Assembly: GCA_039030515.1 (NCBI GenBank)
Contig: JBCCEA010000018.1
Location: 1,684 to 65,683 of the forward strand
Direction of reading: 5' to 3'
Length of the DNA stretch: 64,000 nt
Origin: Myxococcota bacterium
GTDB lineage: Bacteria > Myxococcota_A > Polyangia > Polyangiales > Houyiibacteriaceae
The position numbers were made by a program, and so were the translations under genes. Shown one piece after another: positions 1-9,002 of the stretch (positions within the stretch are counted from its first letter, which is position 1; each line of letters starts with the position of its first letter). The notes beneath the pieces were generated by a model. It searched no databases. It saw only the letters and a list, made by a program, of their open reading frames with translations, and was not told where the DNA came from.

Positions 1-374
1 ATGCCTCGAACGCGATCGAGACCTTTTAATTGCGTGAATGCTCCGTGCGTTTTTCGATAGGCGACGATTCGGCCCGCAAGCGCGGGACCAATGCCGGGTA
101 GTGTTTGCAGATCCGACACATTCGCCCGGTTGAGATCCAGTGGCAGCGGAAGAGATGCCTCGTCAGCGTCCTGAGAGGACAGGCTGATTTGGGACGCTGG
201 CTGGTTTGGGCAGCACGCCCCGGAGGTCGTTGAGGATGTAGGTGTTGCTGCGACCCATTCGGATGGGTTCGCTTCCATGATTCGACGAATGACGGAAGTG
301 CCCGTGAGGAACAAGAGCAGTAAGCCGCCCGAAACCGCTTGGCGACGCTGAAGAACCTTAGCTTGAGGACCCAC
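1..374 (-). CDS. comEA: ComEA-like helix-hairpin-helix DNA-binding protein (3' end lies beyond the left edge)
   Basis: My own reverse-strand translation gives ...LDLNRANVSDLQTLPGIGPALAGRIVAYRKTHGAFTQLKGLDRVRG and runs off position 1. This is the typical ComEA C-terminal HhH signature. An N-terminal hydrophobic anchor (AVSGGLLLLFLTG) follows a GTG at 372-374. An in-frame ATG at 276-278 is an alternative start. The gene is absent from the ORF track because it is truncated. Confidence 0.65.
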   Translation of the reverse strand, partial: MGPQAKVLQRRQAVSGGLLLLFLTGTSVIRRIMEANPSEWVAATPTSSTTSGACCPNQPASQISLSSQDADEASLPLPLDLNRANVSDLQTLPGIGPALAGRIVAYRKTHGAFTQLKGLDRVRG

Positions 375-411
375 TTGGAGGATATCGACCGCTAGAGAGT
401 CGAGTTGCTCA

Positions 412-1650
412 TCATTCAGCACTTCCGGGGATCTGGCCATCGCCCAAACCAAAGCTGTCGTGCAGCACGCGTACGGAAAGTTCGCCATACTTTGCGTGAA
501 TGAGACAGCTTACCTTGATCTCGGAGGTGCTGATCGCCTGAATGTTCACATTGTGTTCCGCCATGATTCGGAACATTTGGGCGGCGATACCGGCGTGGCT
601 CCGCATCCCGAGCCCGACGATAGAAACCTTGACAACGTCGGAGTCGACTAGGACACCCTTCGCGCCGATAGCATCCGAGGTGGCCTGAGCGATTTCCGTC
701 GCGCACTCGACATCGTCCTTGGTCACCGTGAAGGTGAGATCCGTGGTGCCCTCCTCACCGACGTTTTGGATGATCATGTCGACGGAGATGTTGTTGTCAG
801 CGAGGGGCTCGAAAATTCTGGCGACAATACCCGGCGTGTCGGGTACGGATTTTACCGTAAGCTTGGTTTCATTCTTGTCGCTGGTGACGCCTGCGACGAC
901 CACCGCTTCGAGAGAGCGATCTTCTCCTACCACCATGGTTCCCTCAGTATCGGTGAAGCTGGAACGTACGTGAATCGGAACTGCGTACTTCATCGCCAGT
1001 TCCACCGAACGAATTTGCAATACCTTCGCTCCGAGAGAGGCCATTTCCAACATCTCTTCGTAGCTGATGCGGGGCACCTTTCGGGCGTTGCGACATACGT
1101 TTGGATCTGCGGTGTAGACGCCATCTACATCGGTGAAGATCTCGCATACGTCCGCCTGAACTGCAGCGGCTAGTGCGACTGCGGTCGTGTCCGAACCGCC
1201 GCGCCCCAGCGTAGTTAAATCCCCTTTTGGACCCACCCCTTGAAACCCGGCTACCACCGCCACACAGCCTTCCTCTACGGTCTGAAGAAGTCGGCTGTTG
1301 TCCACGGTTCGGATCCGCGCTTTCGTGTGTACCTCGTCGGTGAGTATCCGAACTTGATGGCCCAGCAGGGAGCGAGCGGGGCATCCGAGTTCGTTGAGTG
1401 CGATCGACAATAGCGCGCTACTCACCTGTTCTCCCGTTGCAACCAGCACATCCATCTCCCGATCGGTAGGACGCTCCGAGAGGTCACGGCCGAGACTCAG
1501 GAGTCGATCCGTTTCTCCCGCGATCGCACTGACGACGACGATCAACTGGTCACCGCGCGCTCGTGCCGCTGCAACTCGTGAAGCTACTTTGCGGATTCTC
1601 TCGAGCGAACCCACGCTCGTACCGCCGAATTTTTGAACGATCAACGCCAC
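412..1650 (-). CDS. lysC: Aspartate kinase (monofunctional, with C-terminal ACT domains)
   Basis: 412 aa with a GTG start. The N-terminus MALIVQKFGGTSVG, the GRGGSDTTA motif and a tandem ACT-like C-terminal half are all present. Confidence 0.95.
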   Translation of the reverse strand: MALIVQKFGGTSVGSLERIRKVASRVAAARARGDQLIVVVSAIAGETDRLLSLGRDLSERPTDREMDVLVATGEQVSSALLSIALNELGCPARSLLGHQVRILTDEVHTKARIRTVDNSRLLQTVEEGCVAVVAGFQGVGPKGDLTTLGRGGSDTTAVALAAAVQADVCEIFTDVDGVYTADPNVCRNARKVPRISYEEMLEMASLGAKVLQIRSVELAMKYAVPIHVRSSFTDTEGTMVVGEDRSLEAVVVAGVTSDKNETKLTVKSVPDTPGIVARIFEPLADNNISVDMIIQNVGEEGTTDLTFTVTKDDVECATEIAQATSDAIGAKGVLVDSDVVKVSIVGLGMRSHAGIAAQMFRIMAEHNVNIQAISTSEIKVSCLIHAKYGELSVRVLHDSFGLGDGQIPGSAE

Positions 1651-1738
1651 GGATCGCGAATCATAGGTGCGTCTTACCGGTCGTCAAATCGATGGCACGG
1701 ATGCTCGTTCGAACTCGACGACCTGAATCTCTTCGCGC

Positions 1739-2206
1739 TCAATCTGAATCTTCCGGGCGATCTGTATCGTCGTCAGATCTCGCATCAGAGGAATCGGTGG
1801 AGGGACGAGACGTGCGCCCCGTTGGCGGTCCAAAGTCGGTCCTCAATTTGCGCTGTAGTCGGTCCACCATCATCTGTTCGATATAGCTCGGCATAGAAGG
1901 TATGGAGACGCGGACTTTCACGATGGGCTCGCCATGGGACTCTGTGCGCACCATCTCCACGCTCCCGTCTACTTTTCGTCCGTGGTCGTCGTAGTCGAAC
2001 AGCACGTAGCCCGCGTCCTTGTCCCGGTCTCGTATCGGCGCTCGATAGTCGACCCGCAGCACGCGAATGGCGCTATTCCATACCTTATCGAAATCATACT
2101 CAAATTCAGACTGAACTCCGGCCCAGGCTGTCGAAGCTCCCGCCGCCCACAGCACGCTCAGGGTGAGTGCCGCACCCAAGCGTCGCTGGAGCGCCCGGCC
2201 ATGCAT
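1739..2206 (-). CDS. Secreted hypothetical protein with an acidic C-terminal tail
   Basis: I chose the internal ATG at 2204-2206 (MHGRALQRRLGAALTLSVLWAAGASTAWA, a signal-peptide-like N-terminus). The 97 aa upstream extension in the ORF track is R/S/W-rich and looks non-coding. I recognise no family. Confidence 0.5.
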   Translation of the reverse strand: MHGRALQRRLGAALTLSVLWAAGASTAWAGVQSEFEYDFDKVWNSAIRVLRVDYRAPIRDRDKDAGYVLFDYDDHGRKVDGSVEMVRTESHGEPIVKVRVSIPSMPSYIEQMMVDRLQRKLRTDFGPPTGRTSRPSTDSSDARSDDDTDRPEDSD

Positions 2207-2524
2207 CCCCCGGTGGTGGAAACGTGCGCGCTTCGCCTGGGGAGTATCGGACAGCAAGCTCCCAAGGCCCCATGCTCGCTTGCTCGCTTTTCGCAGTGAG
2301 CGGCCTGACCATTGACCTTCCGGTTTGAGCATCACCCGAACGTACATTTGCCACTGTGAAAAGGCCAAATTCCGGTGAGGTACAACTGAGCCCCGGCCTG
2401 CACTCCAAAGCCATGAAGTGCGTCCGGCTGCCTCCGTCCTAGGAACGCAACTCTGATTCGGAGAGCCTGAGCGACTCAAAAAACTAGGGCGATTCAAAGA
2501 ACCAGGGTCACTGCCCGAGTCTAG

Positions 2525-3589
2525 CTAGGGCTCATTGGCAGTTTTTGGATGAAGTTGGATCAGCGCGGCAAAGGGGATCCTCAACGCGTAGAGCGGAATA
2601 AGTCCGGCGGTGGTGATCACGAGACTTTGCACCACGTAGAGCAGAAATATGTACACGGCTCCCGACTCGCTTACCGTCTCAAAAGGTAGGTAAAGCTTCA
2701 GGGCGGTGAGTATCGCAAGCTGGAAATTTCCAAACAGTCCTGGGCCGGTGGGAAGCAAGATTCCGATGGCTAGGATACCCATCAAGGCGACGGCATGACC
2801 AAAGTGCAGGGGCAGCCCACATCCCCAAGCAAGCAGCCACATCCCGAAGGCGTTCGCGGACCAGTACATGAGCGTTTCCGCCATGAACCTAGCGAACAAT
2901 CGGAAGTCTCCTACCGATAGAAGTCCTGTCGCGATGCCTGCGACCTTTTCCGATATCACGGCTCCGAGCCTCGAATTGACTAGGCCAAAGACCCGCTCGG
3001 TCAGCGCGACCGCCAAATCTCGTTTCCATAGGAACACACCGATTGCGAAAAACGCTGAGCTGAACACGCCGAGCGCCAGAGCTCCGTAGGTTGGCAAAAG
3101 GATCACCAGCGGGTCGTCTGAGGGCTGTCTTCGGAGCGCAAAGAGCGCCCAGGCCACGCAGAGGCTCATCACTAGGCCGTCGACAACCCGTTCCACCGCG
3201 ACCGTCCCCATCCCTGCAGATACGGGGATGCCCCGGCGCGCTTTTGTCAGGGCGGGTCTTGCGAGTTCACCGAGTCGAAAAGGGAGAGCAAAGATGGCGA
3301 AGAAACCGATCCAATTGAGCAGAACGCATTCCTTGAGAGGCACCTGCTGCACCGGTGCGATGAGAAAGCGCCACCGGCTCGCGCGTACAAAATGAGTGCA
3401 CAGCAAGAGACCAGCGTAGGTAGGTACGGTCCACCACACGACGGCGCGAAAGCTTTGCTCGCTCGGAATAAGAGGCACTCCGCCCTGCGCAGCCAACCAT
3501 GCAAAGACCGCTCCGATCAGGATCGAGAGAAAGAGCTTCGAGAACAGCTTTTTGTGAAACGATACTTCTCGCGAGGCTGCCTTAGTCAT
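2525..3589 (-). CDS. Polytopic membrane protein, flippase-like / lysyl-phosphatidylglycerol-synthase TM-domain (UPF0104) type
   Basis: 354 aa with about 8 hydrophobic spans. The basic N-terminus followed by LFLSILIGAVFAWL is typical of the family. It overlaps the upstream gene by 8 bp. Confidence 0.65.
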   Translation of the reverse strand: MTKAASREVSFHKKLFSKLFLSILIGAVFAWLAAQGGVPLIPSEQSFRAVVWWTVPTYAGLLLCTHFVRASRWRFLIAPVQQVPLKECVLLNWIGFFAIFALPFRLGELARPALTKARRGIPVSAGMGTVAVERVVDGLVMSLCVAWALFALRRQPSDDPLVILLPTYGALALGVFSSAFFAIGVFLWKRDLAVALTERVFGLVNSRLGAVISEKVAGIATGLLSVGDFRLFARFMAETLMYWSANAFGMWLLAWGCGLPLHFGHAVALMGILAIGILLPTGPGLFGNFQLAILTALKLYLPFETVSESGAVYIFLLYVVQSLVITTAGLIPLYALRIPFAALIQLHPKTANEP

Positions 3590-4307
3590 CGAAGTCTCCC
3601 TCGAGGATGCGCCGTGGGTGGTCGATGAGGAGGGTCAACACAGTCTCTTCTCCCCAGCGCTTGTGCACTAGCTGGATCGCCTTTTGGACCAGTTCGACAT
3701 CTCTTGGGCGATGCGTGTCGGAGCAGGCCGCGTAGTACAAACCTTCATCGAGCATGCGCTCTGCGGCCTTACGGGGTCGCCTGCCGTACTTTCCAACCAG
3801 CGACATGAGGTCGAGAAGCGGCAGTACGCCAACTTCAAGCGATGGCTGCAGCGCCTTCGAATCTCGAAACAGTGCTCGATAGCGCTCCGGGTGGGCGAGC
3901 ACGGGTCGAATGCCGCGTACGTTCATCTCAAAAAAGCGATGTTCTATCTGCATCGGAATGGACTCGGTGGAGAACTCGACCAGCGCCGCATGTCCCCCTG
4001 GGTAGGCCAGCGGTCCTTCAGTTAGAAAGAGCTCCCAAAATCGATCGTCAAAGTAGTGTTCTGCTCCGAGTCCGAGTTCGGGCAAACGTTCCTCATTCGA
4101 GGTCTCGTGAACGAACTGCTGAAACGCCTTTCGTAACCCACTCGGATGGTTGGGAAACATCGCCGTGCGTATATGAGGAGTGGCTACGGCGACATCGTAT
4201 CCGATCGACTTTAGGTTCTTCACGAGCTCGACTCCCTCCTCTGTGGACGATACCCCGTCGTCTACACTCGGCAGGTAGTGGCAATGTAAGTCGACAAAAC
4301 CTTTCAT
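3582..4307 (-). CDS. CpsB/YwqE-type PHP-domain protein-tyrosine phosphatase
   Basis: The N-terminal motif DLHCHYLPSVDDG is present. Later His/Asp motifs (ATPHI, AHPERY, SDTH) match the manganese-dependent PHP tyrosine phosphatases. Confidence 0.85.
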   Translation of the reverse strand: MKGFVDLHCHYLPSVDDGVSSTEEGVELVKNLKSIGYDVAVATPHIRTAMFPNHPSGLRKAFQQFVHETSNEERLPELGLGAEHYFDDRFWELFLTEGPLAYPGGHAALVEFSTESIPMQIEHRFFEMNVRGIRPVLAHPERYRALFRDSKALQPSLEVGVLPLLDLMSLVGKYGRRPRKAAERMLDEGLYYAACSDTHRPRDVELVQKAIQLVHKRWGEETVLTLLIDHPRRILEGDFDD

Positions 4308-4316
4308 GAATGCTCT

Positions 4317-5693
4317 TTACTTGAGACCGAAACGACTTGGATCTGCTGATGTCAGGGTGCGCAAAAGGTCCTCCCGCTCATTGAGCTCCGGTCGCTCCAC
4401 GACGCAATCCAGTAGGAATCGAAGTGCACGGCCCACCTCCGGCCCACCGCGACTGCCCAATGCACGCATCACGTCCTTCCCGTTGATCGCCAAGTCTTGC
4501 ACGTTTAGTGCGCTATTCGCGGAGCGCTCCTGCTCTATTCGTAGGCGAAGTTCCTGCAGCGCGTCGAGTTCCTGGTCTACCGGTCGACCTTTTGCGAGTA
4601 CATCTGCTCGAGCCAGTCGCAAGAGCGGTTCGATGTGTGTGGGGCCTACGCGCTGGAGAAACCGGCGGACGGCCGCGTCCGACCATTCAGGCGTGTAACA
4701 GATCAAGTGATGCCGCACGAGATGTACGATCTGCGCTCGCTCGTCGCTCGAGAACCGATAGTCTCGCAGCCATCGATCGGCCATTTGGGCGCCTATCGAT
4801 TCGTGATTGTGGAATGTCCAGTCTCCTGTTTTTTCGGACCGGGCACGCGTTTGCGGCTTACCTATGTCGTGCAGTAATGCCGCCATTCGCTCCGTAGGTG
4901 ATGCATCGCAAAGGTCGAGGGTGCGCATCGTATGGGTCCACACATCGAAGGCATGATGCCGGTTTTGCTCGCATCCGCATTGATCTAAGAGTTCAGGCAA
5001 CGTGATTTCCAAGATGCCGGTGCGCCGCATCACCTCGAAGGCTTTCGAGGGCTTGTTTGACTTCATGGCCTTGAGCCATTCATCCCGTACCCGCTCGCGG
5101 CTGACTCGGCGGAAGTTGGCAAGAGCACCTTCGAAAGCGGCCTCGGTTTCGGATTCCAGCTCGAAGTCAAGCGTCGCACAAAACCGCGCCCCTCGAAGGA
5201 TTCGAAGACCATCCTCCCCAAATCGTTCAGCCGGAATTCCGACCGTGCGTAAGGTTTTTTGGAGCAGGTCACGACGTCCATCGAAGGGATCTGCAAAGCG
5301 ATCGTGAACTGGATCGTACGCGATCGCGTTCACGGTGTAATCGCGTCGCGCAAGGTCGGCGTCGATCTGGTCCACGAAATGCACGCGATCCGGTCGGCGC
5401 CCGTCGCTGTATGATTCCTCTCCGCGGAACGTTGTGACCTCATATGATTCCGAGCCGTCGAGTACGGTGACCGTTCCGTGTTGGATGCCGGTGGGCACGA
5501 CCCGCCGAAAGCAGCGCTGCACCTGCGTCGGGGTTGCGTTGGTGGCGACATCCCAGTCGGATGCAGCGCGTCCCAAAAGCAAATCGCGGATGCATCCCCC
5601 CACAATCCACGCTTCATAGCCCGCACTCGCGAGCTTCCGGCTGAGCTTCAAAACCCCCGGAGGCAACTGCGCTCGGTCGATACGGTCTTGCAT
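4317..5693 (-). CDS. cca: CCA tRNA nucleotidyltransferase / poly(A) polymerase family protein with HD domain
   Basis: The class II nucleotidyltransferase head GGCIRDLLLGR...DWDVAT is followed by the HD motif LLHDIGKP. Confidence 0.85.
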   Translation of the reverse strand: MQDRIDRAQLPPGVLKLSRKLASAGYEAWIVGGCIRDLLLGRAASDWDVATNATPTQVQRCFRRVVPTGIQHGTVTVLDGSESYEVTTFRGEESYSDGRRPDRVHFVDQIDADLARRDYTVNAIAYDPVHDRFADPFDGRRDLLQKTLRTVGIPAERFGEDGLRILRGARFCATLDFELESETEAAFEGALANFRRVSRERVRDEWLKAMKSNKPSKAFEVMRRTGILEITLPELLDQCGCEQNRHHAFDVWTHTMRTLDLCDASPTERMAALLHDIGKPQTRARSEKTGDWTFHNHESIGAQMADRWLRDYRFSSDERAQIVHLVRHHLICYTPEWSDAAVRRFLQRVGPTHIEPLLRLARADVLAKGRPVDQELDALQELRLRIEQERSANSALNVQDLAINGKDVMRALGSRGGPEVGRALRFLLDCVVERPELNEREDLLRTLTSADPSRFGLK

Positions 5694-5804
5694 CAGATGC
5701 CAATATCGTTCTCCCGATCCACGAGCAAGGGATGGGGTTCAATTTGAGGCCGCTCGGTTCGCTGCCTGAAATGCTTCGCTGGTCTTCTATCGCTGCTGGC
5801 CTTT

Positions 5805-5836
5805 GGTCCTCGGTTGGTCCTGGGCAGGGTCCTCGG
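5805..5836. promoter_or_regulatory. Three phased 9-mers GGTCCT(C/G)GG in the divergent cca/peptidase promoter region
   Basis: GGTCCTCGG sits at 5805, GGTCCTGGG at 5816 and GGTCCTCGG at 5828. The spacing of 11 and 12 bp is about one helical turn. The sites lie 68-99 bp upstream of the ATG at 5904. Confidence 0.25.
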
Positions 5837-5903
5837 TAGCCATCGGCGAAGGCGGAAGCTACACTTTAGCTAGGAGCGCTTCACCGAGAGACCGAGCCAA
5901 CAT

Positions 5904-8900
5904 ATGCAATCTTTCCAGAGGCTTTGGAAGCCGCTACTCGCAATCGTCGCTGTGGGCATCGCATTCACGGTGACTCTGATCTGGCCGAGGGAAAACGGAC
6001 TCGACCTCGATATCGACGGTTCCCCTCGAGCTCAAGCAGCGCAGAGCCGTGAACCCTACGATCTCACTCGGACAGCGGTGCTCCAAAGGGTGGTTCTCGA
6101 AGTTAAAGAACATTACGTTGAGCCCGCAAGGATGCGGCCACAGCGCATGCTGCTTGCGGGTCTTAACGCGGTGCAGCGATTTGTGGCGCCGGTGCTGGTA
6201 GGATACGAAGAAGGAAAGGCCGAGCTCACTTTTCAGGTAGGCGAGCACCAAAAGTCGTTCCGCGTCGATGACGTGAACAGCCCTTGGAAGCTGACCGAAC
6301 GCTACAAAGAGATCTTCGGTTTTCTGCAGTCCAACTTAGAGGACGAAGAGCTTGATCTTCGCGAGGTCGAATACGCGGCCGTCAACGGCATGCTCCGAAC
6401 GCTCGATCCGCATAGCGTGCTGCTCACTCCCGATGTCTTCGAAGAAATGCAGATGTCCACCCGGGGGGAATTTGGCGGTCTCGGCATCGTTATCTCCCTG
6501 AGAGATGGTCACCTGACGATCATCCGCCCGATGGAGGATACCCCTGCCTCCGAAGCCGGTCTGCGCCGATACGATCGAATCGTGAAGATCGGAGACGAGT
6601 CCACCCTGAACATGCCCCTGTCCGAGGCGGTGGATCGCCTTCGGGGTGCGCCGGGCTCTCGAGTGGTGGTCTGGGTTCGGCGAAAAAATGGTCGAGGCAA
6701 CTGGGGACAGCCACGTCGCTTCGAGCTTGTACGGGCCGTGATCCACATTCAGTCGGTAGAGCATGAAATGCTCGAGGCTGGAGTGGGATACATCAAAATT
6801 CGCAGCTTTCAGGGCAACACCTTTGAGGACATGAAGCGAGCGCTCTCGGAGCTTCATCGGCAGCGCCTTCGAAGCCTCATCCTCGATCTTCGGGACGACC
6901 CGGGCGGCCTCCTGGAGCAGGCGGTGTTGGTGACGGATACCTTTCTTTCAAGCGGCACGATCGTCACCACGTCGAGCAACGACCCGACGCAACGGGATGA
7001 GAAATTTGCTCGGGCCGAAGGAACGGAGCCGAACTATCCGATGGTCGTCTTGATCAACGGCGGCAGCGCTTCCGCCTCGGAGATCGTTGCGGGTGCACTC
7101 AAGAATCACGATCGAGCGCTCGTGATTGGAGAGCGCAGTTTTGGCAAAGGCTCCGTGCAGGTTCTCTATAATTTCCGAGATGGATCGGCACTCAAGCTCA
7201 CCATCGCCCAGTATCTCACCCCCGGAGATGTATCGATTCAGAGCGTCGGTATCCTGCCCGACATCTCCATCGACCCGATGACGGTCGATCGTGAAGACAT
7301 GGATCTGATGATGAACCGCGATTTCGTTCGAGAGTCCGATCTCCGTTCACATCTCACTCACGAACGCGCTCGCGAACATGGCGCGGACAAGGATCTTCTT
7401 CGCTACTACCTGCCTCCTGAAGTGCGTCAGAGATTGCGCGAGGCAAGCCCTGATGAACGCGAAGAGAACGAGAAAGAAGCGGAGTTTTTGACGGCTTTTT
7501 CTCAGAACCTCCTCGCGCGAGCGGAGCGGTCGGGACGTCAAGCGATGCTCGAAGATGCACAGGAGGTGATCAAAGAAACCGGGCGTGCCGAAATGCGAAA
7601 AGCCGAAGCAGAGCTTCGAAGGCTCGGAGTTGACTGGGGCCTAGGAGACAACAACGGGGCGAGCTCGGTTCAGGTGGAGCTTTCCACAAATATGGAAGAC
7701 AATCGGGCTCGGGCAGGTGAGTCTTTCGAGTTGCAAATCGCACTCCACAACCGAGGAGAACACCCGCTCTATCAACTCCGCGCGGAGACCGAGAGCGACA
7801 ACCCACTATTCGACAATCGGGAATTCGTCTTTGGTCGACTCGATCCAGGAGAAACGCGAAGCTGGTCGACTACGCTGGGTCTGTGTGAAACCGAGGAAGA
7901 CCGTCGCGTGTGTCGCATACCGCCTAGCTTGCCGGATCGTGCAGACGGCATTCGAGTTAAGTTCCATGAAGCGTACGATCGGGTCCCCCCCGACGCGGAA
8001 ATCCGCACCCATGTGGAAGCGCTCGAACGACCTCAATTTGCTTATTCTGTGCAGGTTGCAGATCCAGAGGGGAACGGAGATGGCCATGTGCAGCCAGGCG
8101 AGCGGGTCAGCGTGTATCTGCAGCTTCGGAACTTAGGTCGAGGCAAAGCGTTCGACGCCCAAGCCAATCTAAGGAACATCACGGGTCGAGGGATTCTGCT
8201 GAGAGCAGCTCGATTTGATCTAGACACGGTAGAACCGGGAGCGTCTGAGGAAATCATATTCACATTTGATCTCCTGCCTGATTTTGACGAAGAGGAGGCA
8301 ACACTCGAGATTTCGGTCTTGGATCTGGATTTGCGGGAGTCGATGACCGAACGTCTGACGATACCGATCCACTCGAGTCGCCAAGTTCTCTCTGACCGCA
8401 CCGGTTTTACGACGCTCCCGGAAGGCACGTCGATTCGGACGGCTCCCGACCCTCACGCTCAGGTGTTCGCCCGAGTACGCGATGGATCCACCGAGCTTCC
8501 GATCCGGGCGTCGACAGGCGACCTTGTTCGCGTCGATATCGGTGATGGCCGTCCTGGATGGGTTCTTCAGTCAGAACTTGGCAGCATGACTGAGCGTTCC
8601 GAGTCACGAGGTTCGGGCAGCGTTGAGATCTTGCTCAACCACATGCCGCCTCAGCTCGATCTCAACTTCGACAACGTCTTAGTCACCAGGAGCGATACCG
8701 TCCGACTGAGTGGAGAGGCTCGAGACGATCAGCAAATCCGCGACCTCTACATCTACGCGGGCGCACGCAAGGTCTTCTATCAGTCCAACACGGGTTCTCG
8801 TAATCGGCGTCAAACCCATTTCGACGCTGAGGTGCCACTCTCTGGAGGAATCAACTACATCACCGTCTTCGTGCGCGAAAGCGATGAGGTCATGTCTCGC

Positions 8901-9002
8901 AAGACGATCGTGGTGCGACGAGACGATGCGGAAGGTGGCCTCATGGAAACGCCTCGGTTTGAGGACAGCGCCTTTGGCGATCACGTAGAACTTCTGCCCT
9001 AG
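5904..9002 (+). CDS. Long S41 family C-terminal processing peptidase (PDZ plus S41 core plus about 550 aa C-terminal extension with an SH3b-like segment)
   Basis: 1032 aa. It has an N-terminal TM anchor, a PDZ region (GGLGIVISLRDGHLTIIRPMEDTPASEAGL), and an S41 core (LILDLRDDPGGLL; GGSASASEIVAGALK; ERSFGKGSVQ). From memory, the size and architecture match the myxobacterial MXAN_5808-type long Prc family. Confidence 0.85.
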   Translation: MQSFQRLWKPLLAIVAVGIAFTVTLIWPRENGLDLDIDGSPRAQAAQSREPYDLTRTAVLQRVVLEVKEHYVEPARMRPQRMLLAGLNAVQRFVAPVLVGYEEGKAELTFQVGEHQKSFRVDDVNSPWKLTERYKEIFGFLQSNLEDEELDLREVEYAAVNGMLRTLDPHSVLLTPDVFEEMQMSTRGEFGGLGIVISLRDGHLTIIRPMEDTPASEAGLRRYDRIVKIGDESTLNMPLSEAVDRLRGAPGSRVVVWVRRKNGRGNWGQPRRFELVRAVIHIQSVEHEMLEAGVGYIKIRSFQGNTFEDMKRALSELHRQRLRSLILDLRDDPGGLLEQAVLVTDTFLSSGTIVTTSSNDPTQRDEKFARAEGTEPNYPMVVLINGGSASASEIVAGALKNHDRALVIGERSFGKGSVQVLYNFRDGSALKLTIAQYLTPGDVSIQSVGILPDISIDPMTVDREDMDLMMNRDFVRESDLRSHLTHERAREHGADKDLLRYYLPPEVRQRLREASPDEREENEKEAEFLTAFSQNLLARAERSGRQAMLEDAQEVIKETGRAEMRKAEAELRRLGVDWGLGDNNGASSVQVELSTNMEDNRARAGESFELQIALHNRGEHPLYQLRAETESDNPLFDNREFVFGRLDPGETRSWSTTLGLCETEEDRRVCRIPPSLPDRADGIRVKFHEAYDRVPPDAEIRTHVEALERPQFAYSVQVADPEGNGDGHVQPGERVSVYLQLRNLGRGKAFDAQANLRNITGRGILLRAARFDLDTVEPGASEEIIFTFDLLPDFDEEEATLEISVLDLDLRESMTERLTIPIHSSRQVLSDRTGFTTLPEGTSIRTAPDPHAQVFARVRDGSTELPIRASTGDLVRVDIGDGRPGWVLQSELGSMTERSESRGSGSVEILLNHMPPQLDLNFDNVLVTRSDTVRLSGEARDDQQIRDLYIYAGARKVFYQSNTGSRNRRQTHFDAEVPLSGGINYITVFVRESDEVMSRKTIVVRRDDAEGGLMETPRFEDSAFGDHVELLP

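Noticed and set aside
1651-1738. A lysine (L-box) riboswitch upstream of lysC.
   Set aside because: Only about 88 nt separate lysC from the upstream gene. That is too short for an L-box, and none of its conserved helices is evident.
2290-2330. A CCGGAAGG string on the minus strand, reminiscent of the SRP (4.5S) RNA domain IV.
   Set aside because: The flanking conserved GGUCAGGUCCGGAAGGAAGCAGCC context and the symmetric-loop pairing partners are absent.
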